Positions 19,464-28,157 of a DNA stretch of 57,068 bases are shown here, piece after piece. This DNA is from Variovorax sp. (GTDB taxonomy: Bacteria; Pseudomonadota; Gammaproteobacteria; Burkholderiales; Burkholderiaceae_C). Within the stretch, counting starts at the first letter, position 1. The number at the start of each line of letters is the position of its first letter. Location of the stretch: positions 1-57,068 of the forward strand of contig JBDUCH010000001.1 in assembly GCA_040003555.1 (NCBI GenBank). The letters run 5' to 3'. The notes under the pieces are model-generated. The model saw nothing but the letters and a program-made list of their open reading frames with translations. It had not been told where the DNA came from and searched no databases. A program made the translations under genes and the position numbers.

Positions 19464-22450
19464 TGCCTGCCGCGACGTCGGCCATGTCGCACCGCCCGGC
19501 GCTGCCGGCCTGGCGCCATGTCGCCTGGCTGCCGCGCTCGCTTCGCGCCCAGTTCGCGCTGGCGCTGTCTGTTCTTTCGCTGTTGATGCTGGCGGGTGGA
19601 CTCGCCGCCGCCCATGCCTTGCGAACCTCCAGTCACGCCACCCAGCAGCTCACGCAAGAGCGATTCGTGCGCATGCAGGACGCGCAGGACATGGTGGAGC
19701 GCACCCTGCGGATCGAACGGGAAGCCGGACGATTGTTGTCCACCGATTCGTTGCCGGCGGTGCACCTGAGCTACGCCGCCATCGTCGACCAGACGACGGT
19801 ACTGGATCGGGTGGTCGCTGAACTCGCGGTCGCCAAGGAAGACGTCGGCGTGCTCGAGCTGTACCAGGCAAGCCAGCTGTTCCGCAATACCGCCAATGTC
19901 GTTGCGCAGCTGCGGGAAAATCTGCTGCAGATGGAGCAGGCCTTCGCCAGGCTGCCGGCCGACCTGGGCGGCGATTCGGCCGCCGCCCCGTCGGTGGACT
20001 CGCAGGCGAAGGCGTTGTTGCTCTATCGGCTTCAGAACGCCGCCAGTACGGCCGCCGTGGAGAGGATCCGCACCGAATTCCCGCGCGCCTGGCCGGTTCT
20101 TCCGCTTCGAGCCGAGAGCGGGCGAGCGGATCAACCCCGTACAGACCAGCGCGACCCGTTCGCCCTTCGTATCGCGCTGATCAACCAGCGCGTGGCGCTC
20201 GGTCGATTCCATGGACAGCTGTCGAACCAGGCCGAGGACATGGTGACGGCGGCGCGCACCCGCGCGGAGTTTTTCGACGGCGACTATCGCGCTGCCGTGC
20301 AGCAGCTGGCCGAGGCATCCCGTCGCGAAGCGCGTTGGGTGCTGATCCTGCTGGCGATCAGCCTGGTGTTCGCATGGCTAGTGGCCGGCGTGTTCCTGGG
20401 GCAGCACGTGCTTGGACGCCTGCAACTCGTGAGCCGGTATCTGCAGCAGCGCGGCACGGCCGGCACGCCGCTCGGCATGCTGGTCAGGGGGCGCGACGAG
20501 ATCGGGGATATGGCGCGCGCCGTGGATCGTTTCCTGGCCGACCGGACGCAACTTGAACTGCGAACCGCCGAGTTGTTTCTCACCAAGGAGCATCTGGTCG
20601 AACAGGGCCGCGTCCTTGAAATGATTGCAGGCGGCGCGCCGCTGCCGGATATTCTCGACCGGTTGACCCGTTCGATCGAGTCCCAGCTGGAGGACATCAA
20701 AGGCTCCATTCTGCTGCTCGACCCGGACGGGCTGCACCTGCACAACGGCGCCGGGCCCAACTTGCCCGCGGCCTACATGGATGCCATCGAAGGCGTCTGC
20801 ATCGGTCCGAACGTCGGGTCGTGCGGCACAGCCGCCTATCGCGCAGAGGCGGTCATCACAACGGACATCCAGACCGATCCGCTGTGGGCGGACTACCGCG
20901 CGCTGGCCGAGTTGCACGGGCTGCGATCCTGCTGGTCGGCACCGATCCTGTCGCAGGAAGGGGCGGTGCTCGGAACCTTCGCGATGTATTCAGGCACAGT
21001 GCGAGCCCCGAGCCCCGGCGAGCAGAAGCTGGTCGAGCTGGCGACGCGGATCGCCGGCATTGCGATCGAGCGCCGTCGCTCGGAAGAGCGCATTCGCCAC
21101 ATGGCACACCATGACGAGCTGACGGGATTGCCCAACCGTCTCCTGCTGAACGATCGCATGGAACAGGCCCTGGCACAAGCGGATCGAACCGGACGTCCGG
21201 TGGCGCTGCTGTTCCTGGATCTCGACGGTTTCAAGTTCATCAACGACAGCTTCGGCCACGCCGCGGGCGACGCCGTGCTGGTCGCGGTCGCTGGTCGGAT
21301 GTCGGATGCGATCGGGGTCAGCGACATCGTGGCCCGCCTGGGCGGCGACGAGTTCGTGATGGTGCTGACGGGGTTGGAGCGTGCGGCCGATGCCGCGCGC
21401 GTGGCGCAGCTGATACTGGTCACCCTGGCGCCGCCGGTGCAGTTCGAATCGCGCAGCCTGCATGTCGGTGCGAGCATCGGCATCAGCGTGTACCCGGAAA
21501 ACGGAGCCAGCAGCGAGATACTGCTGAAGCACGCAGATCTCGCGCTCTACTGCGCAAAGCAGCAGGGGCGCAACGGCTACCGCTACTACACCGACGACAT
21601 GGGCGAGCAAGCCCGGCAGCACACCGAACTCCGCTCGGCGCTCGTGGGTGCGCTGCCGGGTCGCCAGTTCGAACTCCACTACCAGCCCCAGGTCGATCTG
21701 CGAACCGGCCGCATCAACTCGATGGAGGCGCTGATCCGTTGGCGGCATCCGGATCTCGGGATGGTCTCCCCGGCCCGCTTCATTCCGTTGGCCGAGGAAA
21801 CCGGATTGATCGTGCCCATCGGGGAATGGGTGCTGCGCACCGCATGTGCACAGTTGAAGGCCTGGCACGAAGAAGGGCACTCGAGCTTGCCGGTGGCGGT
21901 GAACCTGTCGGCCCACCAGTTCCGGGGGCATGACGTTGCGCAGCTGGTCGCGCGCGTGCTCAGGGAGTGCGACCTGCCCGCACGATTTCTGGAGCTTGAA
22001 CTGACGGAGAGCGCCCTGATGCTCGACACGGGCGCGGTTCTGAAGTCGCTCCTCGAGCTGAAAGGCATGGGGGCGCGACTGGCCCTGGACGACTTTGGAA
22101 CGGGCTATTCGAGCCTCAGCCATCTGAATGGCTTCCCGATCGACGTGATCAAGATCGACAAGTCTTTCACCCTCGAGGTGACGCGCAGTGAGAGCACTGC
22201 GTCGATCACCCGCGCGATCATCGCCATGGCCAAATCGCTTGGCATGAAGACCGTTGCGGAAGGCGTGGAGACCGAGGATCAGTTGCGCTTCATGGTGGCG
22301 CACAAGTGCGACAGCATGCAAGGCTACTACTACAGTCGTCCACTGTCGGTTGCGGACATGGGCGCCTTGCTCGCGGAAAACCGGCGGATCTCCCTGGATC
22401 TGATTGCGCCAGGCGCCGCAGCCGATGAGGAGCGCGTGCAGGCCCTCTGA
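19463..22450 (+). CDS. Membrane GGDEF-EAL protein (helical periplasmic domain-HAMP-GAF)
   Basis: TGATG overlap with the upstream binding-protein gene. TM, about 270 aa helical periplasmic region, TM, HAMP (GRDEIGDMARAV), GAF (GSCGTAAY; CWSAPI), GGDEF, EALIRW and DDFGTGYSSL. Confidence 0.92.
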   Translation: MPAATSAMSHRPALPAWRHVAWLPRSLRAQFALALSVLSLLMLAGGLAAAHALRTSSHATQQLTQERFVRMQDAQDMVERTLRIEREAGRLLSTDSLPAVHLSYAAIVDQTTVLDRVVAELAVAKEDVGVLELYQASQLFRNTANVVAQLRENLLQMEQAFARLPADLGGDSAAAPSVDSQAKALLLYRLQNAASTAAVERIRTEFPRAWPVLPLRAESGRADQPRTDQRDPFALRIALINQRVALGRFHGQLSNQAEDMVTAARTRAEFFDGDYRAAVQQLAEASRREARWVLILLAISLVFAWLVAGVFLGQHVLGRLQLVSRYLQQRGTAGTPLGMLVRGRDEIGDMARAVDRFLADRTQLELRTAELFLTKEHLVEQGRVLEMIAGGAPLPDILDRLTRSIESQLEDIKGSILLLDPDGLHLHNGAGPNLPAAYMDAIEGVCIGPNVGSCGTAAYRAEAVITTDIQTDPLWADYRALAELHGLRSCWSAPILSQEGAVLGTFAMYSGTVRAPSPGEQKLVELATRIAGIAIERRRSEERIRHMAHHDELTGLPNRLLLNDRMEQALAQADRTGRPVALLFLDLDGFKFINDSFGHAAGDAVLVAVAGRMSDAIGVSDIVARLGGDEFVMVLTGLERAADAARVAQLILVTLAPPVQFESRSLHVGASIGISVYPENGASSEILLKHADLALYCAKQQGRNGYRYYTDDMGEQARQHTELRSALVGALPGRQFELHYQPQVDLRTGRINSMEALIRWRHPDLGMVSPARFIPLAEETGLIVPIGEWVLRTACAQLKAWHEEGHSSLPVAVNLSAHQFRGHDVAQLVARVLRECDLPARFLELELTESALMLDTGAVLKSLLELKGMGARLALDDFGTGYSSLSHLNGFPIDVIKIDKSFTLEVTRSESTASITRAIIAMAKSLGMKTVAEGVETEDQLRFMVAHKCDSMQGYYYSRPLSVADMGALLAENRRISLDLIAPGAAADEERVQAL

Positions 22451-22474
22451 GCGCAGGCAGCGGACGAGCCGCGT

Positions 22475-24895
22475 TCAGGCGTTGCTCGTGGCGCGCACTT
22501 CTTCGATCGTCGTCAGGCCAGCGAGCACCTTGTCGATGCCGTCCTGGCGCAAGGTGCGCATCCCCTGGTCGAGCGCCGTCCCCTGCAACGCTTCGGCCCG
22601 CGCGCCGGTCTGGATCAGGCGGCGCAGCTCCTTCGAGATGACCATCAGTTCATGCAACCCGACGCGGCCCTTGAAGCCGGTCTGTTCGCAATGCGCGCAG
22701 CCGCTGCAGCTGTACACCTGCAGCGCGCCGTTTCGCCCGTGTCGCTGCACCCAGTCGGCCGTGACCGACTCGCGCGCACCGGGTTTCTCGTCGGAACCGT
22801 AGACACCCATGTAGTCGGAGAGCAGTTCGAGAGTTTCGTCCGCAGTGGCGGGACGGCTCGTCAGGCACTTCGGGCACAGGCGGCGCACCAGGCGCTGCGC
22901 AAGCACGGCGAGCAGCGAGTCGGCAAAGTTGAACGGGTCCATGCCCATGTCCAGCAGCCGCGTCACCGTCTCCGGGGCGCTGTTGGTGTGCAGGGTGGAC
23001 AGCACCAGGTGACCCGTGAGAGAGGCCTCCACCGCCATCTCCGCGGTCGCCTCGTCCCGGATCTCGCCCACCATGATGACGTCCGGATCGGCACGCAGAA
23101 AGGCGCGCAGCGCTTTCGCGAACGTCCAGTCGATGCGCGGGTTGACCTGCACCTGGCGCAGCCCGCTTTGCGTGATCTCGATCGGATCCTCGGCAGTCCA
23201 GATTTTTCGCTCGGGCACGTTGATGTGGCTCAGCGCCGAATGCAGGGTGGTGGTCTTGCCGGAGCCCGTGGGCCCCACGCAAAGCACCATGCCGTAGGGG
23301 CGCTCGATCGCGTGCTTGAGCCAGGCGAGATTGTTCGGCGAGAGGCCAAGGGCGTCGAGCGGAATCGGTTTGGCCGAGGTCAGGATGCGCATCACCACAT
23401 CCTCGAGCCCGTTGTTGGTCGGGATCGTGGCCACGCGCAGTTCGATGCGATGCTCCGGCGAGAACTTGGCGAAATTGATCTTGCCGTCCTGTGGCCTGCG
23501 CTTCTCGCTGATGTCGAGGTCGCACATGATCTTGATGCGCGCGATCATCGCGTTGCGGTAGTTCGGCGGCAGATCCAGGTAGGTGCGCAACCGGCCGTCC
23601 TTGCGAAACCGGATCCTGATCTTTTCCCGGCCCGGATAGCTCTCGATGTGAATGTCCGACACGCCTTCCTTGTGCGCTTCCAGAATCATCCGGTTGATCA
23701 TGCGCACCAGCGAGTTGTCCGACTGCTCGATCGGCGCCTCTTCATCTTCGGGCTGCCGGCCTTCTTTTTCGAGCGTTTCGATCAGATCACTTGTGTCGAC
23801 CGGCTGGTAGTCGAGCGGCCGCATCGGATCGTCCGCGGCAGGACGGCGATCCGCCGTCGCGCCGATCTTGTCGTAGGCCGCATGAAGCACGGCATCCTGA
23901 TCGCGGGCGTGCGACTGCACCGCGAACACTTTCATCTGCGCGTTGAACTCCAGTTCGGCGAGCGCCGCGCGCCGGCTGGACGGATCGTCCATCGCCACGA
24001 TGAGCCGGCCATCGCGGATGATCAGCGGCATCACCCCCAGCCGCTGCGCAACGCTGTAGCTGATCTTTCGCAGCGCATCGGCTTCCACCGGAAAGACGCC
24101 CAGATCGACGACCGGAAGGCCCATCTTGCGGGCGAGCGCAGCGTGCAGATCCGCGCGCGTCACCACACCCATGCGCACGAGAACTTCCCCAAGCGGAACG
24201 CTGCGATCTCCACCTTGCTGCGCGAGCGCATCGCGCAGCTGCGCTTCATTGACCATGCCGAGCGAGGTCAGTACCTCACCGATGCGCATCATCGGCATCC
24301 GGGCCTGGCGCTCGATGGCTTCGAGCAACTCTTCCGGTGAGGTCGCCCGTATTGCATCGCGTCCGATCTCCGGTCGAGGCGGCTTGACTCCCTCGGGCTT
24401 CCCGGGAGCGGTGGCCCCGGCGAGTTCGAACGAGTCGAACGCCGCGCGCGGTACGAACTTTCGCATGACACGGCCGCTGGCCAGATCGACCGGCACGAAC
24501 AGGAAGAGCCCGAAGGTGTCCTCGATGTACCCCACGGTCTCGCCCTTGAGTTCGCCGCCGCTGCTCAGCAGGACGGTGAACTCCTGGGCCCGCAGCTCCC
24601 CGGGCGCCGGCGGCAACAGGGGCTCCAGCGGCGTGGTCAGCGTCAGGACGCGGAATTGATCGAAGCGCAGCCGCAACGCGTTGCTGCCCAGGGACAGCTG
24701 CACGTGCAGCGTCGCTTCTTCGGGAACGAAACGGATCAGCTGACCGGTCGCGCGCTTGTCGTTCAACCCCACAATCTCCAGCGGCTGCAGGCTTTTCTGC
24801 GCCGAGGCGGGCGGGTAGCTGGGGTGCGGCGGATTCGGCCAGAGAAAGAGCGGCCGATCGCTTGTGCTTTCCTTGGCAAGTTCGTTCAGGGTCAT
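22475..24895 (-). CDS. PilB/GspE-family ATPase with MshEN c-di-GMP-binding motif
   Basis: Walker A GPTGSGKT, EDPIE Asp box, Walker B VIMVGE, His box STLHTN, Zn motif CPKC...CAHC, and tandem RIGEVL/PLGEVL repeats. Confidence 0.93.
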   Translation of the reverse strand: MTLNELAKESTSDRPLFLWPNPPHPSYPPASAQKSLQPLEIVGLNDKRATGQLIRFVPEEATLHVQLSLGSNALRLRFDQFRVLTLTTPLEPLLPPAPGELRAQEFTVLLSSGGELKGETVGYIEDTFGLFLFVPVDLASGRVMRKFVPRAAFDSFELAGATAPGKPEGVKPPRPEIGRDAIRATSPEELLEAIERQARMPMMRIGEVLTSLGMVNEAQLRDALAQQGGDRSVPLGEVLVRMGVVTRADLHAALARKMGLPVVDLGVFPVEADALRKISYSVAQRLGVMPLIIRDGRLIVAMDDPSSRRAALAELEFNAQMKVFAVQSHARDQDAVLHAAYDKIGATADRRPAADDPMRPLDYQPVDTSDLIETLEKEGRQPEDEEAPIEQSDNSLVRMINRMILEAHKEGVSDIHIESYPGREKIRIRFRKDGRLRTYLDLPPNYRNAMIARIKIMCDLDISEKRRPQDGKINFAKFSPEHRIELRVATIPTNNGLEDVVMRILTSAKPIPLDALGLSPNNLAWLKHAIERPYGMVLCVGPTGSGKTTTLHSALSHINVPERKIWTAEDPIEITQSGLRQVQVNPRIDWTFAKALRAFLRADPDVIMVGEIRDEATAEMAVEASLTGHLVLSTLHTNSAPETVTRLLDMGMDPFNFADSLLAVLAQRLVRRLCPKCLTSRPATADETLELLSDYMGVYGSDEKPGARESVTADWVQRHGRNGALQVYSCSGCAHCEQTGFKGRVGLHELMVISKELRRLIQTGARAEALQGTALDQGMRTLRQDGIDKVLAGLTTIEEVRATSNA

Positions 24896-25024
24896 TGAGA
24901 TTCCTTACTTGCAACAGCATACAGGCAGCGATGGCGGGAACTCGACCATGGCCGCTGAAGGATACGTGGAGGCACGTCTTTCGAAGAGGGACAATCGGGC
25001 GTGGGCGATCTCAGAAAGGATCTC

Positions 25025-26488
25025 ATGCAGTCATTCGATGATCTTGACGCGATGTTCGAACTTGCGCCCGTCTCCCTCTGGCTCGAGGACTACAGCGGCG
25101 TGAAGCGCCTGTTCGACACGTGGCGCTCGGAGGGAGTGGTGGATCTTGTTGAGCACCTGGCCAGCCGACCGGAGCGCGTGCGCCTGTGCATGGCGCAGCT
25201 GCGGGTTGTGCGTGTGAACCAGGCCACCCTCGCGCTGTTTTGCGCGCCGAGCCAGCCGGAACTCCTGGCCAGGCTCGACGAAGTGTTCAGGGACGACATG
25301 GGCGCGCCGGTGATCCACGAGCTGAATCAGCTGTGGTCGGGCCATCTCGCTTTCGACAACCAGTCTTTCAACTACGCCCTGGACGGGCGCAGGCTCGACA
25401 TCCGGCTTCGCGGCCGCATCCTGCCGGGCCATGAGCAGTCGTGGGATCGCGTCCTCGTGTCGCTCGACGACATCACGGCGCGGGTGCAGGCCGAACGCAA
25501 GCGCGCGGAGAGCGAGGCCTACGCGCGAGGTCTGTTCGAGCATTCGCCGGTGTCGCTCTGGGTGGAAGATTTCAGTGCCATCAGGAAGCTGCTCGATGAC
25601 ATCCGCTCGAAGGGCATCCGCGACTTCACCACCTTCGTCAAGGTTCATCCCGAGTTCGTGACGCGCTGCATGCAGGAGATCCGGGTCGTCGACGTCAACC
25701 GCGAAACCCTGCGGATGTTCGATGCGCCGGACAAGGCCACGCTCCTGCGCAGCCTGTCCCATGTGTTTCGCGACGAGATGCATGAGTCGTTCACAGACCA
25801 GCTACACGATCTCTGGAACGGCAAGACCCTGCAGCATCGGGAGGTTCTGAACTACTCCCTCAACGGGGATCCGGTGAACATCCACATGCAGTTCGACGTG
25901 CTGCAGGATCGCATGGAGACCTGGGATCTCGTACTCGTTTCGCTGGTCGACATCACCGCGCGGAAAAAGGCCGAGGCCTACCTCGAGTACCTGGGCAAGC
26001 ACGATGTGCTGACACAGCTGCGCAACCGCACTTTCTACACAGAGGAGCTCAACCGGTTGTCGCGCAAAGGGCCGTGGCCGGTGTCCGTGCTGGTCGTCGA
26101 CCTGAACGGCCTCAAGGAGATCAACGACGGTGAAGGCCACGCGGCCGGCGACGCCCTGTTGAGACGTGCGGGTGAAGTGCTGGGCAAGGCGGTCGATGGG
26201 CCGGCCACGGCAGCGAGGATCGGCGGCGACGAATTCGCCGTGCTTCTTCCTGCCACCGACGAGCGCGGCGTTCAGGCATTTCGTGCGCGCGTCGAATCGA
26301 TGATCGAACTGAACAACCAGTTCTATGCGGGGCAGGGCGGCCATACCCTCGCACTGGCCATGGGAGAAGCCACCTGCGAGGAGGGCGAACTGCTCGATAC
26401 GGCGCTTCTGCGTGCCGACAAGGCGATGTACGCCGACAAGGCGCGCCACTATCTGGCTGCGGGCGGCGTGCGCGGGCGCCCGGCCTAG
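25025..26488 (+). CDS. Cytoplasmic diguanylate cyclase with duplicated PAS-like domains
   Basis: Repeats PVSLWLEDYS and PVSLWVEDFS; DVLTQLRNR; GGDEF without RxxD. AAAGGA RBS precedes ATG 25025. Confidence 0.9.
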   Translation: MQSFDDLDAMFELAPVSLWLEDYSGVKRLFDTWRSEGVVDLVEHLASRPERVRLCMAQLRVVRVNQATLALFCAPSQPELLARLDEVFRDDMGAPVIHELNQLWSGHLAFDNQSFNYALDGRRLDIRLRGRILPGHEQSWDRVLVSLDDITARVQAERKRAESEAYARGLFEHSPVSLWVEDFSAIRKLLDDIRSKGIRDFTTFVKVHPEFVTRCMQEIRVVDVNRETLRMFDAPDKATLLRSLSHVFRDEMHESFTDQLHDLWNGKTLQHREVLNYSLNGDPVNIHMQFDVLQDRMETWDLVLVSLVDITARKKAEAYLEYLGKHDVLTQLRNRTFYTEELNRLSRKGPWPVSVLVVDLNGLKEINDGEGHAAGDALLRRAGEVLGKAVDGPATAARIGGDEFAVLLPATDERGVQAFRARVESMIELNNQFYAGQGGHTLALAMGEATCEEGELLDTALLRADKAMYADKARHYLAAGGVRGRPA

Positions 26489-26637
26489 ATCCCCTGTTCG
26501 GGGCATGGCGTGTACGCAGCAACGAATTTCGCAGTTCCGGGGCAGGTTCGCGACCACAATAGCGATACGGGCCGTGCGTTCAGCGCCCTTGTCCCCGAGC
26601 ATTGACGCGCACAGCGTCCCACCCTGATGTCCAGCGC

Positions 26638-28080
26638 ATGCCCCGTCCGTTAGCCCTTGCTTCTTTCGCGTCCGGAGCCCTCGAGGCTGCGGAGGACGGC
26701 CCGATCGGCGGACAAAGGCTCGCGCCCCTTGATCCGCTGACCGGACTTGCCGGCGATATCCCGTCGGACGAAGCGCTTCGCGGCGCGCTCGAAGCCTGGG
26801 CGCGCGCCGGATTCCCGCTGGTCGCGGTGTGCTGCGTCGACCTCGATGAGTTTCGCGAGATCGGGGAACAGTTGGGCCCCGACGGTGGCGACGCCATGCT
26901 CCGGGAGGCGGCTTGCCGCATCCGTGCTGCGGCGCCAGCGGACGCATTCATCGTTCGCACTGGTGGCGACGAATTCTCCGTCGTGATGGGCACCGCGGAT
27001 GAGCGCCATTGCCGCGATCTGCTCGATCGTCTGGTCGCGCACCTCACGGAGCCCTGTTCTTTCGAGGATCAAACCATCCGGCTCGAGGCCAGTGTCGGCG
27101 TGTCGCTGGCGAGCGGGGCAGAGCAGCCGCTTGAGCTGATGTTGCGCCAGGCACGGCATGCGGTGTTTTTCGCCAAGCGCGAAGGCGGCGGGCGTGTGCG
27201 CTTCTTCGACGCGCAGGCCGCGCGCGCCGACCAGCAGGTGCTGTGGGAAAGGCGGCGGATTGAAGGCGGCTTGCTGCACAGCGAGTTCTTCCTGCTCTAC
27301 CAGCCCAAGGTCGACATGCGAAGCGGCACGGTCGTGGGTGTCGAGGCGCTGGTGCGGTGGCAGCACCCCCACCGGGGCGTTCTTCAGCCGTGGGAGTTCG
27401 TCCCGTTGATCGAGGATCACGAGTTGGTGGAGCATCTGGGCGACTGGGCCATCAGCGCTGCGCTGCACCAGGCCAACGATTGGGCCGAGGCCGGCAGAGA
27501 CATATCGATCAGCGTCAATATTGGTCCCCGCCACATGGCCCGCCTGGACTTTCTCGAGCGGCTCGCGTTCCATCTGTCGCAGTGGCCCTTGTTGCATGCA
27601 GGCTCGCTGGAACTCGAGATCCTGGAGAGCACGGCGATCAACGAGCTGGACAAGATCGCAGATCTGGTCGCTGGTTGCCAACTGCTCGGCGTGCCAGTCA
27701 CGATGGACGACTTCGGCACCGGGTACGCATCGCTTGCCTATATGCGCCAGCTGCCGGTTCATGCGCTCAAGCTGGATCAATCGTTCGTGCGCGGAATACT
27801 CGACAACGACGAGGATCGGGCGATCGTGGCGGCCGTGCTGATGCTCGCCCAATCGCTTGGGCGCACCACCATTGCCGAAGGGGTGGAGACCGTCGAGCAC
27901 GGCCTGGCGCTGCTGGAGTTGGGATGCACGCTCGGCCAGGGCTATGGCATCGCGAAGCCGATGCCTGCCGAGGCGCTGCTGCCCTGGATCGCCGAGTTCG
28001 AACGCTCACCGCCATGGGGACGGGCGGGGGATGCCGCAGCAACCGCAACGGGCGGTCAGATCTTCAAGAGCGACGTGTAG
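26638..28080 (+). CDS. Sensor-less GGDEF-EAL protein, probable phosphodiesterase
   Basis: GGDEF is present but its flanking motifs are eroded. EALVRW, SVN, ELEILE, DDFGTGYAS and AEGVE are intact. Start uncertain (26602 or 26638). Confidence 0.85.
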   Translation: MPRPLALASFASGALEAAEDGPIGGQRLAPLDPLTGLAGDIPSDEALRGALEAWARAGFPLVAVCCVDLDEFREIGEQLGPDGGDAMLREAACRIRAAAPADAFIVRTGGDEFSVVMGTADERHCRDLLDRLVAHLTEPCSFEDQTIRLEASVGVSLASGAEQPLELMLRQARHAVFFAKREGGGRVRFFDAQAARADQQVLWERRRIEGGLLHSEFFLLYQPKVDMRSGTVVGVEALVRWQHPHRGVLQPWEFVPLIEDHELVEHLGDWAISAALHQANDWAEAGRDISISVNIGPRHMARLDFLERLAFHLSQWPLLHAGSLELEILESTAINELDKIADLVAGCQLLGVPVTMDDFGTGYASLAYMRQLPVHALKLDQSFVRGILDNDEDRAIVAAVLMLAQSLGRTTIAEGVETVEHGLALLELGCTLGQGYGIAKPMPAEALLPWIAEFERSPPWGRAGDAAATATGGQIFKSDV

Positions 28081-28157
28081 GTTGAACCGACGGGCTGTTG
28101 CCATGACGGCGTGTGGGTCGGCTTTGCCATAATTCCACGCCACCGATACAAATTGCC

